A stretch of 47,632 bases of DNA from a virus. Taxonomy: Duplodnaviria > Caudoviricetes. The notes beneath the pieces were generated by a model that was not told the DNA's origin, did no database searches, and worked only from the letters and a program-made list of their open reading frames with translations. The position numbers and the translations under genes are program-made. Positions 1-6,255 of this stretch are shown piece by piece; the stretch's first letter is position 1, and each line of letters begins with the position of its first letter. The DNA lies in IMG/VR virus record IMGVR_UViG_3300037851_001291, positions 1 through 47,632 of that record, one strand, 5' to 3'.

Positions 1-76
1 TGTGTCGGGTGGGTGTGTGTGTTGTGTAGGTCAAGATAGACCCTGTTGCAAGCCTGTGCTCAGGCAAGGAAAAACT

Positions 77-529
77 ATGGTAACAAAGCTTACCTGTTCC
101 TTACGGCATGTGAAAAACATGCTGTTTCAATCAAGGTTTAAGGTTGAGCGTTATGAACTCAACAACATGCTAGTCGAGCTGCTTTGGCTGGTTTCCAAGG
201 TTGAAAAGGCCGAGGAACAAACAGACCAAGATCGTTGGAAACAAAGACTAGCAAGGAGACTAAAAACCTTTTTGGCCCACTATGCTTACAACGAGCAAGG
301 TTTTGGCAAAAGCAAGCCTCGTAGTAACTTCAATAAGGCCAGTATCGTGGCTGAACTGGACTTGTCAGGACGCGAACGATTGCTTGCAGAAGTCCAAAGA
401 CTTGGCTTGGAAGTGAGGCCTTTGTTGATAAACAAAGTGGGGGACGAAATTCTTGAGCACCACTATAACCTGGAAACAGCGGTGGCCAAGTACAAAGTGG
501 CTATCTTTTTTGAAGATCACTTGATGTGA
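77..529 (+). CDS. Hypothetical protein (about 150 aa, helical)
   Basis: Long ORF; AAGGA Shine-Dalgarno before the ATG at 77; no motif recognised. Confidence 0.6.
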   Translation: MVTKLTCSLRHVKNMLFQSRFKVERYELNNMLVELLWLVSKVEKAEEQTDQDRWKQRLARRLKTFLAHYAYNEQGFGKSKPRSNFNKASIVAELDLSGRERLLAEVQRLGLEVRPLLINKVGDEILEHHYNLETAVAKYKVAIFFEDHLM

Positions 530-571
530 TCAAAAGGCATGTGAAAAGCATGCTTGTTCTTTGACAAGAAG

Positions 572-743
572 GAGACGAAAGGCGACCCGATGAGTTTGGT
601 CGTAAGAGGACTCATTGCCTCTTAGGGCACCAGACGAACCACCCAACAACGCCGAAAGCGTTTGTTGGACAGGGCTGGATCCCCTGTCGGTAGAACATAG
701 TCGTCTCATGTTATGGGCATGAGAGACTTGTTATTCACAAGTC
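572..743 (+). ncRNA. Candidate structured non-coding RNA (multi-stem, possible pseudoknot)
   Basis: Nested complementary segments: 572-578/701-707, 594-600/629-635, 603-609/618-624, 643-652/658-668, 668-674/682-688. Loop 610-617 is complementary to 588-595. No family recognised. Confidence 0.45.
726..742. promoter_or_regulatory. Palindromic operator-like site ACTTGT-N5-ACAAGT, copy 1
   Basis: ACTTGTTATTCACAAGT; 16/17 identical copy at 1117-1133 in the next intergenic region. Confidence 0.5.
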
Positions 744-768
744 AAAAATTTCGCATCCAAAAATAACA

Positions 769-799
769 TAAGCCAGGGCTTCTACCCTGGCTTACTTTT
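769..799 (+). terminator. Intrinsic terminator-like hairpin
   Basis: TAAGCCAGGG-cttcta-CCCTGGCTTA followed by CTTTT. Confidence 0.55.
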
Positions 800-811
800 A
801 AGGATAGTACT

Positions 812-1072
812 ATGAATAATAGTAGCACAAACTTGACAGTAAGTCAAGAAAAAAATTCCACCATCACTCAGTTGCCTCTCTGGTTTGAAACTGCTGGCTC
901 TACCGTCGAGTGGTATAAAAAACAGATACAAACCATGAATGAGGTATTCGCCGAATACGAAAGGGAGCAAGCCCAAAAAAATGCTCAAATTGTGATCAAC
1001 ATTAATTGGAGCCTGCTAACCGGGCTTGCTATCGGTTTTGCCATCGGGCTTACCATAGCACTTCTAAAATAA
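812..1072 (+). CDS. Small membrane-anchored hypothetical protein
   Basis: AAGGA SD; C-terminal hydrophobic helix WSLLTGLAIGFAIGLTIALL. Confidence 0.7.
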   Translation: MNNSSTNLTVSQEKNSTITQLPLWFETAGSTVEWYKKQIQTMNEVFAEYEREQAQKNAQIVININWSLLTGLAIGFAIGLTIALLK

Positions 1073-1116
1073 AGCCCTCAACCGCCCAAGGATTTGGAGA
1101 GCCTTGGGCTTCCCAA

Positions 1117-1133
1117 ACTTGTTTTTCACAAGT
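1117..1133. promoter_or_regulatory. Palindromic operator-like site ACTTGT-N5-ACAAGT, copy 2
   Basis: ACTTGTTTTTCACAAGT upstream of the ATPase gene. Confidence 0.5.
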
Positions 1134-1167
1134 ATTGGAATAAACCAAAATTTTTAAGGAGAGATTC

Positions 1168-2163
1168 ATGTTAAATAACACAATCGAAAAACTTTTTCAG
1201 GATTCTAGACAAAAGGCCAAACGCGCTAAAATTTTGTTCTATGGTAGCTACGGAACCGGGAAAACAGTCCTATCTTTGCAATTCCCTTCGCCCGTATTGA
1301 TTGATATGGAGCGCGGATCAGATTGCTACCAAAACCAATTTGATTTCAAGGTTTTTCATGCCACAGACCCAACTCAAGTTTTGAAGGGGGTGGACTACCT
1401 TTTAAGCCATAAGACTGACCGCCAGACAATTGTCCTAGACAGCATGACCGAATATTGGAGTTCGTTGCAAAGCAAGTGGACTGACATTTTTCTAAGACGC
1501 AACAAGGGCAAAGGGAATAAGGAGGAATTTTATGATCTTCAACCAAAAGATTGGACAATCATCAAAAACGATTTCAAGGCTTTCCTTCGCAAGTTGCTAT
1601 CCCTTGATATGAATGTTGTCTGTACTTGCCGAGTAAAAGACCAATACGCTGAGGGTGAGTTCCTCAAGAAAGTTGGCGAGACGTTTGACTCTGACAGAAG
1701 TTTGCCTTACCTTTTTGATACTGTAGTTCGCCTGGACCGTACTCAAGACGGAAAATTTATGGCAAGAGTAGAAAAAGACCGAACAAACAGCCTGCCCCAG
1801 CAAAAGCCCTTTGAATGCAATTATCTAACATTTGCTGCTGCTTTCGATTTACCGGGGTGGGATGAAATACTTTGGCCAGAATCTTGGTTGTGGAATGGAT
1901 TTAAAGGGAAAGCACTCTCTGGAAAAGATTTTGCAACGGATTCCGATCTTGCTTCCTATGCAAAGGATGAAAAAACCTATAAAGGTCGGCAATGCCTGCA
2001 CATCATGGCGGAAAAGCACGAACGCGAGGAAGTGCGCATGATAGCCCGCAAGCTTTTAGAAAAATATCCATCACAAAAAAAAGCCAAAGAATCAATAGAG
2101 ATTAAGTCGGAAACTTCTAGTGCCAATGTGGACTCTCCGAAATTAGAGACTCAAAAAGCATAG
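1168..2163 (+). CDS. Sak4-like (AAA_24) P-loop ATPase, phage ssDNA-annealing recombinase
   Basis: Walker A YGSYGTGKT, Walker B TIVLDSMT, IDMERGS and KDRT motifs; same module as ssb and rusA; AAGGAG SD. Confidence 0.85.
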   Translation: MLNNTIEKLFQDSRQKAKRAKILFYGSYGTGKTVLSLQFPSPVLIDMERGSDCYQNQFDFKVFHATDPTQVLKGVDYLLSHKTDRQTIVLDSMTEYWSSLQSKWTDIFLRRNKGKGNKEEFYDLQPKDWTIIKNDFKAFLRKLLSLDMNVVCTCRVKDQYAEGEFLKKVGETFDSDRSLPYLFDTVVRLDRTQDGKFMARVEKDRTNSLPQQKPFECNYLTFAAAFDLPGWDEILWPESWLWNGFKGKALSGKDFATDSDLASYAKDEKTYKGRQCLHIMAEKHEREEVRMIARKLLEKYPSQKKAKESIEIKSETSSANVDSPKLETQKA

Positions 2164-2183
2164 TCTCTTACCCACCATCACGT

Positions 2184-2207
2184 AAGCCCTCGACAAGAGG
2201 GCTTTTT
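2184..2207 (+). terminator. Intrinsic terminator
   Basis: AAGCCCTC-gacaa-GAGGGCTT plus T run, just after the ATPase stop. Confidence 0.65.
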
Positions 2208-2452
2208 AAGGAGGAAAACAGCTCCGAACAAATTGAACTTGCCAATTTACGTCGTGAAAATCGCGTCTTGAAAAGCGATGTTGCTGCATTGAAAATGTAC
2301 AATAGATTTTTCGATATGGAATTGAAAGAAAAGCAAAGAAAAATTGGCAGAGATGGCCTGCTCAAATAAGGAAAGAAGCCTTGCGTAGTCTGCGCAGGTT
2401 TCGGAAAGTTATTCAATATGCAATTGCTTAATTTTTTCAAAGGAGACCCCCA

Positions 2453-3211
2453 ATGAACAGCCTAACTAAAAATTTCGTTTTTGAATCGCACCCAGTAACC
2501 GTAATCGTAGACAAAGATGGCGAGGTATGGTTTGACGCAACACAGGTATGCGAAGCATTAGGATACGAAAGAAGCGCAAGCCATGTTATTGAAAAATTGG
2601 ACGATGATGAAAAAAAATGTTTGAGTCGAAAAGAATTTAGTGACTGGACGGAATCCGTCCAGTCACTCGAAGGGGGTGCCCAATTCAAAAATTTCGTCAG
2701 TGAACCCGGCACCTACAAGTTAATTTTCCAAAGTCGAAAGGAGGAGGCCAAGCGGTTCACCCGTTTTGTGACCCACGAAATCCTACCAGAGATTCGGAAA
2801 ACCGGGTCGTATGCACCCAATGCCAAGGAAGTGCCCATCGAAAAAATTAGCGACACCTTTTGTAAAACCAAAAAGATGGCACTGGCAAACGGAGCAAGCG
2901 AACTCGAAGCCCGCAGGCAAGCCCGTGAGATGGTTCGACAAAAGTACGGTGTGAATGTGAACCAACTTTTGGGGGTAGGTGAACCCAAGGAAGTTAAATG
3001 GGATGAAAAAGAGACCCAGATGGCACAAAAAATTCTGAGCATCGTAGAGAAGCTGATTGAGAAAAAAGGACAGGCAAATCATCGCGAAGTATTACGATCT
3101 TCCCATCTCAAAACCCAAGACCTAGACACAATCCTGGATGACCTCATAGATAAAGAACGGCTAGAGGAGAAAAAACGAGGAACTTATCGCTACTATTTTC
3201 CAGCGAATTAA
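2453..3211 (+). CDS. Bro-N domain antirepressor-like protein, probable C-terminal winged helix
   Basis: Bro-N motifs GEVWFDATQVCEALGY, LDDDEK, VSEPGTYKLIFQSRKEEAKRF, VTHEILPEIRKTGSY. Confidence 0.9.
   Translation: MNSLTKNFVFESHPVTVIVDKDGEVWFDATQVCEALGYERSASHVIEKLDDDEKKCLSRKEFSDWTESVQSLEGGAQFKNFVSEPGTYKLIFQSRKEEAKRFTRFVTHEILPEIRKTGSYAPNAKEVPIEKISDTFCKTKKMALANGASELEARRQAREMVRQKYGVNVNQLLGVGEPKEVKWDEKETQMAQKILSIVEKLIEKKGQANHREVLRSSHLKTQDLDTILDDLIDKERLEEKKRGTYRYYFPAN
2639..2667. repeat. Perfect 29-bp palindrome inside the Bro-N coding sequence
   Basis: AGTGACTGGACGGA-A-TCCGTCCAGTCACT (14-bp arms). Confidence 0.9.
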
Positions 3212-3214
3212 TGC

Positions 3215-3589
3215 TTGGCTTTCCTGGCTAAACCAGCCAGGAGACTTAAACCTGGGGATTCTCATCCATGTTTGATGGGCTTCTATTCGTATTATGTATA
3301 TAGTTGCGCACCAAAAGAAGTATACCAGGAACTAATTGGAAGAAATCCAAAAAACGAAAACGGAAACAGAAAATTTAGGCACCACCAATTCCTAACAGAA
3401 GTTGCGCGTAAATGGCTTGAAAGGCACCTAGCAACATTAGAGACTATGATACGAGGGACTCAATACAATCCAATTAGTTTCAAAATTTTGTTCCGTCAGG
3501 CATTCCCCAAAAATCGTTGCGAACCAATGCAAAAGAAAATCGCCAACGAAGTACGACAAATACAAATGGAGTTGGAGTTTGAATTTTAG
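3215..3589 (+). CDS. P63C-domain protein (C-terminal part only; start uncertain, possibly truncated)
   Basis: YVY...EVYQEL..RNPKNENGNRKFRHHQFLTE...LERHL matches the P63C pattern; TTG start with no clear SD. Confidence 0.7.
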   Translation: MAFLAKPARRLKPGDSHPCLMGFYSYYVYSCAPKEVYQELIGRNPKNENGNRKFRHHQFLTEVARKWLERHLATLETMIRGTQYNPISFKILFRQAFPKNRCEPMQKKIANEVRQIQMELEFEF

Positions 3590-3657
3590 TGAATGCTTGG
3601 CTTTTTCTTCCGCTGGAACGGGCAGTAAGTTTCAATGCTGTACAAAGGAGATAGGCA

Positions 3658-3840
3658 ATGTTTATAAATGTAAAATCCGCATCTCGTGCTACAGGCTATG
3701 CACAATCTACCATTCGTGGATTTGCTCGCAAAAATAAAATTCAGTCTATAAAAGAAGGAAGGTTTTTGTCCGTATGCCTAGACGATATATATGAATATAT
3801 GGGATCCGTCTCTTTAAAAAGGAGACGCCAATGGAAATAG
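3658..3840 (+). CDS. Small helix-turn-helix DNA-binding protein (excisionase/HTH_17-like)
   Basis: FINVKSASRATGYAQSTIRGFARKNKIQSIKEGR; AAGGAG SD. Confidence 0.75.
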   Translation: MFINVKSASRATGYAQSTIRGFARKNKIQSIKEGRFLSVCLDDIYEYMGSVSLKRRRQWK

Positions 3841-3983
3841 AAAATCCACATGCCCATTATGTCCTCTCACTTGAGAGGAAAATAAGCAAGATGCGAGATC
3901 AACTTATCCAAGCAAATGATTTGATCCTATATCTTTCCGAAGAATTAGCAAAATTACAAATAGAATTAAGGAGTAAATGCTAA
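3831..3983 (+). CDS. 50-aa coiled-coil hypothetical protein (not in the ORF track)
   Basis: AAGGAG SD, MEIENPHAHYVLSLERKISKMRDQLIQANDLILYLSEELAKLQIELRSKC, TAATG coupling to ssb. Confidence 0.7.
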   Translation: MEIENPHAHYVLSLERKISKMRDQLIQANDLILYLSEELAKLQIELRSKC

Positions 3984-4474
3984 TGGCTGATTTAAATGAA
4001 ATCCGTTTGATTGGTCGCTTGACAAAAGACCCTGTATCCAAAACAATTCCTTCTGGAACTCAACTGGCAACGTTTGGCCTTGCCACAAGCCACAAATATA
4101 AAGACCAAACTGGAGTAGCAAAAGAAGACACGGTTTTTGTTGATATTACGTGCTGGGGGAAACTTGCCGAACTTGCTTCTAAATACTTAAAAAAAGGAAG
4201 GCAGGTTTTTATTGGTGGAAGACTTCGATATGAGACCTGGGAAGACAAACAGGCAGGACAAAAGCGATCTAAACTCACAGTTGTAGCAGACAACATTCAA
4301 TTTTTGGATGCGAAAAAAGACGAAATGCCGACGAGTGTTCCTCCAGAAGCCTATTCAGCACCAAGTGGTGGCACCCACACATATACTGAAATTCAAGCCG
4401 CTCCTGAAAAGGATATTGTAAAAGATTCTTCCTGGGGCGAACCTCCACAACTAGACGATCAACCTCCTTTCTAA
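3983..4474 (+). CDS. ssb: Single-stranded DNA-binding protein
   Basis: LNEIRLIGRLTKDP, WGKLAE..YLKKGRQVFIGGRL, acidic C-terminal DDQPPF. Confidence 0.96.
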   Translation: MADLNEIRLIGRLTKDPVSKTIPSGTQLATFGLATSHKYKDQTGVAKEDTVFVDITCWGKLAELASKYLKKGRQVFIGGRLRYETWEDKQAGQKRSKLTVVADNIQFLDAKKDEMPTSVPPEAYSAPSGGTHTYTEIQAAPEKDIVKDSSWGEPPQLDDQPPF

Positions 4475-4486
4475 GTTTCCTGCGGG

Positions 4487-4732
4487 GTAGCAATACCCCT
4501 CACGCTCGATTAGAGATTGCAATAATTTTTGGAGCATACCAGAAATCCTTACACTCCGAGTAAGTAGCAATACCCCTCACGCTCGATTAGAGATTGCAAT
4601 TTAGCTTTCCCGCGCATTGCTTCGATGGTTTGAGACTTCCAAGTAGCAATACCCCTCGCGCTCGATTAGAGATTGAAATTGGTTGCATCCTTGAATACAT
4701 GTATTCGTTGGCTTTTCGAGTAGCCCCTCACG
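4487..4732 (+). CRISPR. CRISPR mini-array: three full 37-bp repeats, one degenerate terminal repeat, three spacers (40, 42, 40 bp)
   Basis: GTAGCAATACCCCTCACGCTCGATTAGAGATTGCAAT at 4487-4523 and 4564-4600; 2-mismatch copy ending ATTGAAAT at 4643-4679; remnant GTAGCCCCTCACG at 4720-4732. Unique spacers at 4524-4563, 4601-4642 and 4680-4719. Confidence 0.93.
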
Positions 4733-4775
4733 AATGAAAATTGTTTTAGACTCTCTGAACCAATAAAAATTGGTG

Positions 4776-4802
4776 GACTTGATCATTGAATATGATCAAG
4801 TC
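4776..4802. promoter_or_regulatory. Perfect inverted repeat after the array (hairpin or operator)
   Basis: GACTTGATCAT-tgaat-ATGATCAAGTC. Confidence 0.5.
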
Positions 4803-4880
4803 ATAACGCGCTCCATGCTGGGCTTTAAAGTCAAATTGGCGTCTTTGTAGAACAAAACAAAACAAAAGGAAATAAAAGGA

Positions 4881-5216
4881 ATGAAAATAGAGATTGAACA
4901 GGAGATAAAACCCAAGGCGCGTCCAAGGCTTGGAAAAGGAGGGATTTACTCTCCATCTTCAAAGAAGGAAAAGAGCTTGGCAATGGAAATTTCTTGGAAA
5001 GCACAGGGTAAAAGACTTGGCGATCAGCCATGTGTTTTGACTTTGCGAGTCTCCTATAAAAAGGGAGACCTGGACAACTTACTGAAAACCGTGTGTGATG
5101 CCCTTGAGAAGTCTGGGATAATAGACAACGATTCTCAGATCGAGGAAATCCATGCCTATAAGAACAAACACGAATCAATTCCTAACTCTATAGAAATAGA
5201 CATCTTGTTACAATAG
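4881..5216 (+). CDS. rusA: RusA-family Holliday junction resolvase
   Basis: PKARPR at the N-terminus; DLDNLLKTVCDAL and DNDSQI catalytic motifs. Confidence 0.9.
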   Translation: MKIEIEQEIKPKARPRLGKGGIYSPSSKKEKSLAMEISWKAQGKRLGDQPCVLTLRVSYKKGDLDNLLKTVCDALEKSGIIDNDSQIEEIHAYKNKHESIPNSIEIDILLQ

Positions 5217-5225
5217 TCTTGTTTT

Positions 5226-5254
5226 TGCTGCCAGAAATTGGCAGCATTTTTTTT
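5226..5254 (+). terminator. Intrinsic terminator
   Basis: TGCTGCCA-gaaat-TGGCAGCA-T8. Confidence 0.75.
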
Positions 5255-5267
5255 AGGAGAACAAAAC

Positions 5268-5480
5268 ATGATGATTTACAGTTTGGTAAAAAACATAGAC
5301 ACAATGGAAGATAAGGAAAAGCAAAAATTGTTAGGGGATTTAGTTGAAAAAATAGAATTGAGAGACCAAGGGGAGGTGCGGGCATATTTGGCAGAAAACA
5401 GGGTGGGAAATAAAAAATCAAAAATCGGTTCTAGTGAGTCCTTCTCGACTCCCCGATCGGGACGCTGTTTAAATTTGTGA
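5268..5480 (+). CDS. 70-aa protein resembling the extreme C-terminus of large serine recombinases
   Basis: AGGAG SD; EKQKLLGDLVEKIEL..GEV pattern recalled from large serine recombinase C-termini; no catalytic domain. Confidence 0.45.
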   Translation: MMIYSLVKNIDTMEDKEKQKLLGDLVEKIELRDQGEVRAYLAENRVGNKKSKIGSSESFSTPRSGRCLNL

Positions 5481-5529
5481 TTCGCCAACATCGCAGCATT
5501 TACCAAGGTTCAGTTGATTTTTTATCAAC

Positions 5530-5578
5530 AAAATAAAAAAGCCCAGGCATTGTAATAGTGCCTGGGCTTTTTTATTTT
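5530..5578. terminator. Bidirectional intrinsic terminator between the convergent early and late blocks
   Basis: AAAATAAAAAAGCCCAGGCA...TGCCTGGGCTTTTTTATTTT. Confidence 0.85.
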
Positions 5579-5724
5579 TTCTTTCAATTTGTTTCAACCG
5601 CTTATATTCTCGCAAATTTAGGCTAATCATGTTGGATAACCGGCAGCAATGCCAATGATATGTCATGGGAAATTAAGATTTTCTGGTTCAAATAGTGTCA
5701 GCATTGCCTGAACTATGTAAGGTG

Positions 5725-6240
5725 TCATTGGGATTTCCTAGTGTATGTAAGTTTTGTATTTCCAATAGACTTTGTTTGCAAGGCAGTAGAGTAAACGTTA
5801 TTGACCTCCCTAAGAAAAAAGATTAGGATTTCGCGCATGTCTGGATTGAGGGATTGTTCCGGCTGAATTTCTTTTTTGGCCAAGGAAAGAATTAAATCAA
5901 TGGAAGACTGGATTGCATAGCGTTCAGGCGCGCTAATTTCTTTATCAATAATAGAAAGGACTTTATCCACGTCTTTGGGATTTACTGGTTTGGTTTCATC
6001 GTCTAAAAAATTTAAAGCGGAAGAGGTTGCGATGCAAACCTCGCTTGCGTGTGTTTGCATTTTATCTTTATCAATTTGCTGCAAGGCAAGAGGAAGGCCA
6101 ATGCCAACACTGGCTTTGATGATGTCTTTGGCGATGTCTACATTGATTACTAGGTCAACATCCATTTTCCCGTTGTTGGTAAGAGTGCATCCAGAAAACA
6201 AAATACAACAAATAAGACAAGTACAAACATTGCGAACCAT
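5725..6240 (-). CDS. Putative lipoprotein
   Basis: Short hydrophobic N-terminus with lipobox LFSGC; GAAAGG SD before ATG 6240; last gene of the late operon. Confidence 0.7.
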   Translation of the reverse strand: MVRNVCTCLICCILFSGCTLTNNGKMDVDLVINVDIAKDIIKASVGIGLPLALQQIDKDKMQTHASEVCIATSSALNFLDDETKPVNPKDVDKVLSIIDKEISAPERYAIQSSIDLILSLAKKEIQPEQSLNPDMREILIFFLREVNNVYSTALQTKSIGNTKLTYTRKSQ

Positions 6241-6255
6241 GATTTTTCCTTTCAA

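Noticed and set aside
1-30. GT-rich start as telomere-like end or terminal repeat
   Set aside because: Short, irregular, at the window edge, and no matching sequence at the other end.
581-706. Hammerhead ribozyme call (CCGATGA...GAAC)
   Set aside because: Core differs from CUGANGA/GAAA at two positions and stem III does not close next to a cleavage triplet; kept only as an unassigned structured RNA.
4601-4786. 61-aa minus-strand ORF across the array
   Set aside because: Chance frame through repeats and spacers.
5469-5666. 65-aa minus-strand ORF
   Set aside because: Runs through the bidirectional terminator and has no SD.
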